Origin: Lama guanicoe
Taxonomy: Eukaryota
Direction of reading: 5' to 3'
Length of the DNA: 64,000 nucleotides
Assembly: GCA_013239625.1 (NCBI GenBank)
Contig: MU053645.1
Location: 310,001-374,000, forward strand
The notes below the pieces were generated by a model, which did not search any database, was not told the origin of the DNA, and saw nothing but the letters and a program-made list of their open reading frames with translations. Of the stretch, positions 1-10,812 are shown in pieces. Both the position numbers and the translations under genes were made by a program. Position 1 is the first letter of the stretch; each line of letters opens with the position of its first letter.

Positions 1-1420
1 AGGAGTCTGAGGTGGAAGCGGTCAGAAGTTGGAGGAGAGAGGAAGGGAAAGGGCAGGGGAAAGGAAAGGGGGACCGGGGTTTGCAGCGTGAGAGACAGAG
101 GAGGAGGAGGGGTGGAGGCAAAAGAGCGAGGAGTGGAGGGAAGCCGGAGTTTGAGAGGCGGGAAAGCAAAGTTTGGCTAAGGCGAGAGAAGAGTCTGAGC
201 GTCCGTCCCGGAGACCAAGGAGCAAGAGGGGTGCTCCGCGGGCGAGAGCGCAGCGTCTGCCCCGGCAGGGTGCGCCTCTTTCAGGGTGGGGAGGGGGGCG
301 GTGCAAGGAGCGGGGGCCCGGGAGCAGCTCGAAGGGGATTGGTGCAGCGTCACGTCGCCAGGTGGGCAGCCGCGCGGCGGGGAGGCGGGCTAGGGGGCCA
401 CTGGCTGAGGGAGGTGCTGAAGGACTATAACGGTTTGCGAGCCGGCCCCCGGCGGCCTCCCCCCGCCTGCCCGCCCCCTCCCACGTCCACCGCCGCCAAG
501 GCGAGTGTTCCACAGGAAACTTTTTCGAGGCAGCTGCCAGCCCCGGAAAACCGGTCCCGCTCCGCGCCGCTCCCAGTCTGGGCCCCACAGCTCTGCCAGA
601 GTCCAAACAGCCCGCGCCCTCATCTCCCCACGAAACACTTGTGACTTTTCTAGTTGTCTCTTTTCTCTTTCAGCTCCTCGAATTTTATTGCTCCATTGAT
701 TGCGAAGACCCATCAAGTTAGATCAGGAAATAACTTGCCACTGGCTCAGGGATCAGACCTAAGCGAGCCCCTGTGCGGGCGGGCGGGCGGGGCGGGGAGA
801 GGACACCAAGTGCGCCGCAGGGCTACCACAGCTCGGACTTCGAAGCCACCAGCCCAGGGCAGCGCAACGTGGACAGGGCTGCTGCGAAGTCCCCTCGAGG
901 CGGGCCGCATTTCTTCTGGCCCCGGGCTAGTTGGTACCAGGCCCGGGCCGTTCAGTCGGAACCGCACCTGTTCACAGGTGCCGTGAGTTAAGAGAGACTG
1001 GGTCTCTGAAGCCCTGGCTGCCCCGGATGCAAAGTTTGCTGTTCGCCCCTTTCGCAAAGTACAGGGAAAGTTCCTGCGTCGTTCCCAGCCTCCAGCTCTC
1101 AGGCCGGGTTTCATTCATTCGCTCACTCGTTGCACAGCGTTTCGGGGCACCCAGGCTGTTCGCCTCCGTTTCCCCACAAAGCGCAAGAGATCTGATACAC
1201 GGTTTATAAGAATCTGACAAACGCGATTTAACCTTGGGAAGTAAGGCGCCTTTTGAAGAGTTTATGGGAAAGGGAGTCGGTGTGTAAAACCAACCGTATT
1301 CTAAGCTCTTGCACTGCAAAGAACACTTTAGAAAATATCCCAAAGCTGCTTACTTTCCCTGGAGCTCGTCGACTGCGTTCGCACACCAGCACTCTAGGTC
1401 GGAGCGCGACGTGGGGGGTT
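1..1420 (-). promoter_or_regulatory. NRK: CpG island promoter and 5'UTR portion of first exon, probably NRK (Nik-related kinase); coding start outside the window
   Basis: The only CpG-dense, GC-rich stretch in the window. Minus strand is pyrimidine-rich toward position 1, with no minus-strand ATG between 620 and 1. Gene identity is inferred only from conserved gene order (NRK follows IL1RAPL2 on the same strand on mammalian X). Confidence 0.7.
284..392 (-). promoter_or_regulatory. Proximal promoter motif cluster (GC boxes, CCAAT box, CRE/ATF half site, E-box)
   Basis: CCAAT on minus (ATTGG at 338-342), CGTCA at 348-352, CACGT at 351-355, CAGGTG at 359-364, GC-box-like GGGGGGCGG at 293-301 and GGGAGGCGGG near 380-389. 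Confidence 0.5.
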
Positions 1421-2832
1421 TGTTTCCTGTTTCTCTCTTTTTTTGATTAAAAATTTCTACCCCCTCTAGGAGGATTTACAGGAATAATTCTTCCTACAGG
1501 CCTGGAGCTCACCATTTCTGACCCGCGCTTCTAATTTTTGTAATTAGTCTGTCTATATATTGGTGGATTTTGTTTATTTCGTGTCTGTTTCAACTTCCGA
1601 GTTTGACCTCTTTACATTCCTTAACCTCAGAGCCTCACTGAGTTCTGTAATGGCCACAGTCTGTCTGAGGAACCTGGTCTCGCTAAATAAAGAAAATTCT
1701 CTCTGAACTGGTGCCGGGAAAACCAACTACCACGACCACCCCTCTCAAGACACTCGGGTGTTCTGGATCGAATTTTCATGTTAATTCGAATACGCTGTAA
1801 ATCAAACAAATTATATTTTCTAAGAATTCAAATCTTGACAACTCCACCGCACAAAATCTTGCCCTTTTAAAAACAGTTTAAGAATTTCTGGATGATCAGT
1901 AAAGCTCTTTAAGATCTTGCTAAATATTAATCTGAAAAAAATTTAATAACTTAGAGCTGACTAGGTGAGCTGGTTAATAGTAAGTTACACTTTTTAAAAT
2001 ACATATCTAGTTTTCAGAAATCAAGACACAGTCAATAAATACATTTAAAGGAAATCTGAAAAGAATCTTTGCTAAAGGGAAGAAGTGTTAAGACTTTTTT
2101 TTAACAATGCGGTTTGCTGACGGTAGGGTGTGGGGAAATGCCCTGTGGCCCCCGATGGCAGAGACTGTTTTAGTCTGTCTAAGGGGGCAAGTCCAGACCA
2201 GGCAAAAGAATCCAGGCTAGATCATTGGGCTCTCTAGTTGCAAGGCTCCGTGGGAGGCTAGCGGCTTCATGACTCCATAGGGATTAGCCACATCGCTGGG
2301 TGGGACCCCCATGGTGGGGGGAGGGGAAGCTAGGTATTTGACCAGAACTTGACAGAGAACCTACACATTTTTTAAGTTATTATTATTTTCAAGGAAAAAG
2401 GAGTCATGGAAGGGCTTGGAAACTCTGCCTTGTAAGCTGGCATTATGGGGATTTTTGTGGCCGGCTTGGGGAAGGTCAGCCCGGCTAGCTGACCAGAAGG
2501 CAAATAGATGGCCTCCAAGCATGAGGCTGAGAGAAACCCTGAAGTAGGGCACTTGTTTTCCAACTTCAGGAGTTCTTTTCCCCTCACCCCACAACCATCA
2601 CTTCCCCTTCCCCCTTCCAAAGTGCTCTTTTTTTCTTTCTTTCCTGACCTCAAAGCATAAAAATAACCCTCATCAATTTAGGGTCTAGGAACTTGTCAGA
2701 TTGTATTTTACCCAGAAATAATTTCCCTGCCAGCACCTGATGTCCCATATTTATTACATCTCTTTCTCCTCCAATCTGTTCTGCTTTCTTAAGGCCCAAA
2801 GTACTTTATAACTTTTGATTGTTGTTTTATTT

Positions 2833-3060
2833 AATAGCTAAAATTTATTGAGTACTTGCTATATGTTCTGGGCTAAGTGTTTTGTATATATTATCTCATT
2901 TAATTTTGTCAAAAATTCTTCCAGGTTTTAAATTATCTCTATATCATAGGCAAGGAAATTGAGGCACAGAGAGATGAAGTAACTTTCCTGAAGCCCCACA
3001 GCTAGTAATTGGAGGAGCCTGGCTTCCAACTCGGGCAGTCTGACTCCAGAACCCACTTGT
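2833..3060 (-). mobile_element. MIR SINE
   Basis: Reverse-complement MIR core (aggaaattgaggcacagagagatgaagtaactt...cacagctagtaa...gcagtctgactccaga) and 3' tail (atttattgagtacttgctatatg). Confidence 0.85.
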
Positions 3061-3529
3061 CAATGACTGTTGAAGGGCCGGTGCATATTTTGAGACTCTG
3101 TGAAGAGGAGCCAAATTCAAAAAAGCTTCAGGGTAAGTGAGATCAGATAACATTAGCTAGGCCCCTGAGCTATCCAGTTCCCTTTTCCCCCTTTCAGCCT
3201 TCAAGCCTTCCTAACAGAAATAACAAGGGCTTTATAAAAAGAAATGGAACCCAGTATAGCCCAGGAGTAGCCAGTGACCTGCCTGAGCAGATATTACCAA
3301 GTGGATCTCCTCACAGAGAAAAATCATGGATTTTAAGTTTAAGAAACTTCCAGAGGGGGAAGAAAAACCCCAGCAATTTTCAATGCTTAGAAAATATTAA
3401 AAATCCATTCCTATTCCTTCCAGAGAGTTTTTTAGCTGAGAACAAACCTTATTCAGTGAAGACCTGAAGGAGGCTGTGTTTGTGAGCAATCGTGCTTAGC
3501 AGACCTGAGATGCTAAATGGCAAGGTTAC

Positions 3530-3603
3530 AGTCAGTTAGCTCAGTTGGTAAGATTACTGTAGACATGGTGCCAAGGGTATGGGTTTGATCCTCCAGAGGG
3601 CCA
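3530..3603 (+). pseudogene. Decayed tRNA-Ile(AAT)-derived sequence (tRNA pseudogene or head of an old tRNA-derived SINE such as MamSINE1)
   Basis: 74-nt ungapped alignment to the recalled tRNA-Ile(AAT) sequence, about 48/74 identical. Intact A box TAGCTCAGTTGGT, decayed B box GGTTTGATCC, 3' GGGCCA; anticodon arm destroyed. A-rich tract at 3661-3686. Confidence 0.7.
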
Positions 3604-4807
3604 GTGTGCATCTCTCTACTCTTTGGTCCTTGATAGGCCAGCCAGTGATGCCTTTTTTGGAAAAAAACAAAAACAAAAACAAAAACACCTTCAAAATCAG
3701 TACTTTCATCTTTGTATGCAAAGAATTGCATATTCATTTTTTTCATATAAATTGCTAAGTGCCACAACCTGGAGAAATTATACTGCAAGAGCATGTGTGT
3801 GTTATGAAAAATATAGATTTAAAAGATTCTAGGCTGCTTTTTCCTTTTTAAATTTATGCATTTATAGTTGGTAATATATATCTTAATAGACACTTTGAAA
3901 AATGAATCTCACAAAATTCTTCATCACACCTTTATTAAGCATTTAAACACACAAAACGGTCTGCCATTTATTGTTGTTCCTCTACTCTGACACCTCAGGT
4001 ATGGAAATGAGTATCTGTAAATTTCTGTTTAGACAAGTTTGCTGCCTACAATTACTGCTCCTGAGTGGGAATAGTGAAATAAGGTTACATAGAAATCTTC
4101 TTAAAAAGATACCTTCCCACACTTGTGATTGCAAATACTCAAGTCCCAGTATCTCCCAGTATACCTGTGAGTGGCTGGGGCAGCTTAGCTGAAAGAGTCT
4201 CAGGGATTCCTCTTTGAGGGAATAATCTCCTTTGGGAACCATTGGGCTAAAGGACCTTCTTAAGGATTTCCCTCTTCTTTATGGAGACACCTTTGAAACT
4301 GTAGGATTTCTGCCACAGTCCCCAACTCTCTTGCCACCACTTTTGATTTTTCCTATGTGCCACTCTTCTGGGGACAAAGCAAAAACAAAACAAAACAAAA
4401 AAACACTTGATGTTTCTCAGGCTAAAGGTCATGAAATGTACCTTCTGACCATAGTTTGCAAAGCTTCTGTCACTTGTCATGGAATGCTCTTAAGCTCGGC
4501 ATGATTTGAGCTATGCTTGTTTCTAAAATGGGGCCCTGGAAATCTGATCCTGGCTGAACATGGGTCTCGTCGCTATTGAAAACTGGAATGCTACTCTAAA
4601 AAAAGACAATTGTTTTATAATGAGAACTAAAACAGGGAATTTAAAACCAAAAGTCAGATGAATTTCTGAAGTGAGCCATGGGGTTTCCTTTTTTTTTTTT
4701 TCAATCACTGTTTTCCTTCTTTGAAGCCCATACCATCCTAGTCCTGGAATTCCCTACCCAGCAACTTCAGAGTAGTCATCCTCCCTCACCCAACACAAAT
4801 GCACATA

Positions 4808-4952
4808 GGAACATATTTACCATGGTGTTAATGAAGCTTGTGCTTCAATAAAGCTCACTTGCACCTCTAAGGGCCTGGGAGAGGAACTAGTAATTCTGTA
4901 CTTCCCCAAATTATAAAAGCTTCAGATTCAACAGAACTTGGATTTGGCCCTG
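4808..4952. mobile_element. Old hAT-type DNA transposon remnant (subfamily uncertain)
   Basis: atttaccatggtgttaatgaagcttgtgcttca...ataaaagcttcaga...ggatttggccctg resembles the ends of old mammalian non-autonomous hAT elements. Confidence 0.4.
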
Positions 4953-6107
4953 AATGCATAAAGTATAGAGAGCATGGTAAAGTTGAAATATGTGTGTGTA
5001 TAGTCTCCATATTACTGAGACTTGACAAAATAAGACTTGGAACTAAGAATCCACAACTAGAGGGTGTATATTTTGGAAAGAGAAAAATAAAAGGAGGAAA
5101 AGAGAAATAGCACTGAAGTTTAATAAATTAAACATCTATGTAGAAAGTAATACATTACATAAGTAGGATGGATATTTTTTTGAGGATTAAAAGGAAAGAG
5201 GAAAAGGAAGTGGTTTCCTTATGAGAGTATGCTACAGACTGATGACAGGAAATAAATGGGCAATGCTTTCCTAAATCTAGGTCACAACTCTGCCCTGGGG
5301 GAGGAAGTAATAATAATAGACAGTATATTTTTTAATGTTTTATATTATCATATTAGAGAAGTTTACAAAATTAATATAAACTCATTGTTATAAGTCAAAA
5401 AACTCAAAGCTGAATGCAGAAAAATGTAACAGTCTCTACTTTCTTCATCCAATCACATACTATCACCACCACTCCTTCCCCCAAGATGTTAACAGTTTGA
5501 TGTATATCCTTCTACATCACTCTTTATGATAATAAACTTCAGGGAAACATACACACACGCGTGTGCACGCACACACGTGGTTCTCTCTCCATATTCTTTT
5601 GTTCTCATTTATTGTTTTAAATTTATATCTCAAGAAGTAGGATTCTTGATCATAGTTATACATTGTAGAGAGCAATACATATGTGCACAACCACACGCAG
5701 AATAAAGAATGTTCTGATATATTACTTCAATGAAAAATGATTCTGATACACTACAAAATAATGTAGGAGAAGACAGTACTCAGCTGTTGTGCTTAGGGGC
5801 AAATCTCTAGGCTCAGAAAAATGACAGGCTTAAAATTAAAAAAAAAAAAAGCCCTGCATATGTGATTGTGGTGATCTTTGGAACATAGTATAAACACCAC
5901 AAATTTAAAAACAGGCAAAATTCCAATTTTCAAAGCAGAACAAAATGATAGTTTCCAGAAACTATAGACCAGTAAACTTGATGTTGGTTCTAGGGGAATT
6001 ATCACAGAATATTATACAGATGGATCCTAGGAGGTGCTTTTCAGGAGTGAGCAGGGATATGCTAATAAGGAACCATGACAAACCAGTACATATTCTGTTT
6101 TGAATGA

Positions 6108-6627
6108 TGTAGTATCAACCTTCAAGTTACCCACAATGAACCAAGCATCTTGGTATTCATGACATGACCTTGTGTGGTATCCTCCCACAATTAACAGGGC
6201 TAACCTGTGTGGCCAATAGCATATGGAAGAAATGATAATATACGACTTATGAAGCTAGGTCATAAAAATACTGAAGCTTCTAGCTAGGTATCTCAGATTG
6301 CTTTACCTGGGGGAAGCCATTTGCCAGGATTTGAAGACACTGAAGCAGCCCTGTGAGACCTACATGGAGAAGAGGCCTGTGGGCAACAACCAATACTGTC
6401 TTGCCAGTCATGTAATGAGTCACTTTGGCAGCAGATATCCCAGTCCCATTCAAGCCTTAAGATGATAGCGGTCTCAGGTAAGATCTGACTGAAAGTTCAT
6501 GACAGACCCCAAGCTAAGCCACTCCTAAATTCCTAACCTGTAGAAAACATGAAAGGTAAGAAAAGATTGTTGTTTTAAAGCACTAAATTTTTGGATGAAT
6601 TGTTACAAAACAATAGATAACTAATCA
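6108..6627 (+). mobile_element. MLT1 (ERVL-MaLR) solo LTR, MLT1F/G-like
   Basis: TG...CA ends; typical blocks gctaggtcataaaa, gggaagcca, ctaagccactcctaaattcctaacc, tgttgttttaa, caatagataactaa. Confidence 0.8.
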
Positions 6628-6644
6628 AATGAGTTGCTCACCAA

Positions 6645-8385
6645 GTAGACCAGGAGACTAGTATAGTCAATGTATTTTTATTTCAGCAAAGAATTTATAA
6701 TATCCTCTTACACAAGATAGACAAATGTGAGTTGGAAAAAGCTCAGAAAAGGCATGACTAGCTGAACAAAACAGTTGACTAATGAATCAATAGCAAATTG
6801 AAGAAGACTTGTAATATTGGTATAAGATTATGCTGAGCATAATGAAATATACATTCTAGAACTTCTATGGTGGTAAAAATATTCTATATCTGCACTGTTA
6901 TTTATGATAGCCACCAGAAACATGTGGCTGAGTACTTGAAATGTGGCTATTACAAATCAGGAACATAATTTTTAATTTTATTTAATTTTAGTAAAAGTTA
7001 CTTTAAATTTGTTTATATAGTGCATAATTTATATAGTGTATGATTTAAAATTATACAGTGGCTAAAGGCACTATATTGGACAGTACAACTATGATTTAAG
7101 AAAAAAGTTTTGTTAAAATTTAGTGGAAAAAAAAAAAGAATCCTAAGGACAGAAACTCTAAAAGGAATGTGATACAGATTTTCTGTCCTTGGCTTGGTGT
7201 TCAACTTATTTATCAATGTTTTAGGTGACAACATGAAAGACATGTATATAACTTTTGTTGATGAACCCAAACTGGGAAGAATTAGTAATATATAGGTTGA
7301 CAGCATTTTTCCTGGGCCTGCCACTCCAAGGTCAAGCAAGAAGGGAGTAGAGCTAAGGAAGTGATTGGGCTGAGGCATAAGGTAGTCTTCAGGGTTAACT
7401 CAAAGAAAGGGGTCCCAAGGACAGAACAGGGTAGAGAAGACAAGCAATAAATTGGGCATAGGTTTGGGAGGCAGTGAAGCAGACAAGCTGAGAAGATAAA
7501 ACTAGAGTTGAGATTGGAACTGCCAAGAAGCTAGAATGATGAATGAGCAGGGGGTTAGGAAAGGGAGGTAGGGGGCAAACTGAAGTGGAGCAAAGAATAA
7601 GCACAAATGAAGGCCAGTTCCTGCTGGCTTTTGGCTGCTTTGTTCCTCTGGTTGTTTTTGCTTATGGCATTTTGCATTTACTCTGGGCATGGGCTAGAGC
7701 CATTCTGTAGGGAATGAGACTGTGCAAGAGCCTAGCATTATTGGCCTAAACCAACCAGAGGACATTTTACAGATATAAGTGTGAAAATTTGCATCTCAGT
7801 TTGAAAAACAGATAATCAATTCCATAAGCACAAGAAGTGAAAAACGTAACTTTAAAAGGTAATGTTAATGTAGTATTGCAGTGATACCAGAAAGACCAGT
7901 AAACTAATCAAATTGAGGATAATTTTCTTAATTGTACCCAGGTAAATGTGTCTGAAGAGGAGTGATTATTTCTGAGTATTAAGCAAATTAAATAGTCTCC
8001 AAACTAGGGAAAGTAGAATTATGAATAATTTGGAAATTATGACATTTTGAAAGGTTGAGGGACTGGTAATGTATAGCCTTTTGAGAAGGTTTAGGGAGAT
8101 GGAGTAGGTGCCTTCACATATTTTTAATGGGAAGTCATAAGAAAAAAGGATCAATGGATAGATGTTTCGAAAAGGTAAAAATATAGCATTTTAAGGAAGA
8201 ATATCTAATAATTATCACTGTAAAGAATTAGCTGCTTTATGAAGGAAAGAGCTCTCTCTAACTGGAAATATTTCAAGTGGAGACTACATGATCATCTGCC
8301 CCGGATTTGTACAAAGAGCTCATGGATTAGAAGACAAATTGAACTAAAGCAATTCTAAATGCTTTCCAATTCTGAGAAACTATGC
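6645..8385 (+). mobile_element. L3/CR1 LINE ORF2/3' remnant, interrupted by later insertions
   Basis: About 7182-7280 translates to SVLGLVFNLFINVLG...TFVDEPKLG (CR1 RT consensus SVLGPVLFNIFINDL...KFADDTKLG). DKCENLHL near 7773 (consensus DKCKVLHLG). CR1/MIR3-like 3' end near 8340-8385. Confidence 0.7.
6855..7087. mobile_element. MER3-like hAT-Charlie DNA transposon inside the L3
   Basis: aatattctatatctgcactg...tagccaccagaaacatgtggct...cttgaaatgtggcta...ctatattggacagtac. Confidence 0.75.
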
Positions 8386-8760
8386 AACTACTGTTCTCTT
8401 CCTCTGTGTATTGTGGTCTCTGGCTATTGACCCAAAAGATATTGCTATTCTGTTTCCAATTTAGGGACGTGTACTGTCCTGAAGTCACACCCATGAAACT
8501 ACATTTTATATAAAGTCACAGAACAAATGCTACACTTGGTTAGAATGCAAAGACTTGACTAGCTATTTTTATATGTGGAGCAAGTGCCAAGCAATGCAAA
8601 CATTGCCACCACTCCTTCCCTCTCCCTTTAGCCTCCTCCTGATCCTAGGCGTTACCATGCAAAGTGCACTCTCATCACAATCTGTGAATATCTACTTCCA
8701 TCTCTTCTGTTTTTCTTTTTGTGGTGTTGAAACATTAAAGAGGGTCTTTAAGGTCAGGTA

Positions 8761-8764
<4 letters not shown>

Positions 8765-8796
<32 letters not shown>
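8765..8796. repeat. (GT)16 microsatellite
   Basis: Read directly from the sequence. Confidence 0.95.
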
Positions 8797-8797
<1 letters not shown>

Positions 8798-9146
8798 GGA
8801 GGGGTAGTGTGTCACCTCTGGGAATGTGTCTGAGTGACTGTGCTACTCACTCAAACATGATTTATGGAACAAATTCAAGCAATTATTTCTCTTATAGTGC
8901 TTCCAAGAAGAATCTGTGAGAGTGATACATGCTCTACATGATAAACATTCTCATCCAAGGAAGATACTGAAAGCACCATGATAGTATTCTTTAATATTTT
9001 TTCCATTTATTGGATGTTTAAAAAAGTACAATAACCATTACATACTTGCTGTAACAAGTCGTATAGGGATGAATAAAGAAAAAAGTTAGTAATTGCCTCT
9101 TCTCCCATCTCACACCATTGAGATAATCAGTGTGAACAGTCTTGGT

Positions 9147-9444
9147 GTTTTTTTTTAATTGAGTTATAGTCAGTTTACAATGTTGTGTCAAATTCTAGTG
9201 TAGAGCACAATTTTTCAGTTATACATGAACATACATATATTCATTGTCACATTTTTTTCACTGTGAGCTACCACAAGATCTTGTATATATTTCCCTGTGC
9301 TATACAGTATAGTCTTGTTTATCTATTATACATATGCCTGTCAGTATCTACAAATTCCAAAATCCCAGTCTGTCCAGTCCCACCCCTCTCCCCACTGGCA
9401 ACCACAGTTTGTATTCTATGTCTATGAGTCTGTTTCTGTTTTTC
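9147..9444 (-). mobile_element. Young 5'-truncated L1 (3'UTR only) with 12-bp TSD
   Basis: Poly-T at left followed by aattgagttatagtcagtttacaatgttgtgtc. Perfect direct repeat AACAGTCTTGGT at 9135-9146 and 9445-9456. Confidence 0.9.
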
Positions 9445-9649
9445 AACAGTCTTGGTTTTATCTTTCCATACTTTTATATTTGCTCATACAAATACATGCA
9501 AAGATACACAAACATAATATATTCTCCTCTATTTTTAAAAAAGAAGATAAGATCATACTATACATATCACTCAGCAACTCGTTTTATTTCACTTAATATG
9601 TTATACACATTAAAACATATAGATCTAACTTACTGTTTTAAGAGCTTCA

Positions 9650-9910
9650 GGAAAAAACTGATAGGTTTCATCACATAAAAACTAAAATAATACAATTGAC
9701 CTGGAAAAGTATTTGCAATATATATAGCCAACAATTCTTAATATCACTAGCAGACAAGGAGCTACTAAAAACTAATAGAGGGAAAAAAACCCTCTCCAAT
9801 AGAAAAATGGGCAGAAGCTATAAATAGGCATCTCACAGAAGATATACAAGTAATCAATAAATACATTAAAACTTGCTCAACTTCATAGTAGTCAGGGAAA
9901 TGTAAGTCCA
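9650..9910 (+). mobile_element. Old L1M ORF2 3' fragment
   Basis: ctggaaaagtatttgcaatatatata...ccaatagaaaaatgggcagaagctataaataggcatctcacagaaga. Confidence 0.65.
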
Positions 9911-10812
9911 GAGAAAAAGTATATTTTATTAAAATTATGAAAGTAATAAAACCTCATTGCAAAAAGAGGGTAACAGTCCAACTATGAAATAGAGGTGTAT
10001 AAAGTAAAGCATAATAGTCCTACCTTCACACTTGCAGTCTCACTTTCCTTTAGTTCACTGTATTTACTACTTATCACACAATTCTCCATGCTCTTACAAA
10101 TCTAAACAAACCCATAACAAAGGCTATTTTATTTTTATTTTATTTTTACATTATTTTTTCTTTTTAATTTTTATTGAAGTATAGTTGACTTACAAGATTA
10201 TATTAGTTTCAGGTGTACAACATAGTGATTTGACATTTATATATACAATGTCTAGTAACTATCTGTCACCATACAAATTTATTACAGTTTTATTGACTAT
10301 ATTCCCTATGCTATACATTACATCCCAGAGACACTTATTTTATAACTGGATGTTTGTACTTCTTAATCCTTTTCACCTATTTCACCTAACCCCTCAACCC
10401 CCTCCTTTCTAGGGACCATCAGTTTTTTCCTCTGTATCTATGGGTCTATTTCTATTTTGTTTTGCTTGATCATTTGTTCTGTTTTTTAGATTCCACATAT
10501 AAGTGAAATCATACAGTATTTTGCTTTCTCTGACTGACTTATCTGACCTAGCATGACACCCTTTAGGTCTATCCATGTTGTTGCAAATGGCAGATTTCAC
10601 TCTTTTTTTATGGCTGATTAATATTCTATCATATACATAGAATTATATATATAATATATATATATAATGAAATAAGATAATGGGATAAAGGAGATATATA
10701 TATGTATGTGTGTGTATATATATGCATGTGTATGTGTGTGTATATATATGTATACATATACATATATACACACACATATATGTATATAAAATCTTAGGCA
10801 CTTAGGTTGCTT

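Noticed and set aside
354..402. CTCF-like words TCGCCAGGTGGGCAG and GGCTAGGGGGCCAC in the promoter
   Set aside because: Each breaks strongly conserved core positions; such partial matches are common in GC-rich DNA.
980..990. GTGAGT donor-like site suggesting a divergent plus-strand transcript
   Set aside because: Poor exonic context (GCC|GT), no partner acceptor or other support.
12..1343. Several 100-210 aa ORFs on both strands in the CpG island
   Set aside because: Arg/Gly/Pro-rich low-complexity translations, mostly non-ATG starts; expected from stop-codon scarcity in GC-rich DNA.
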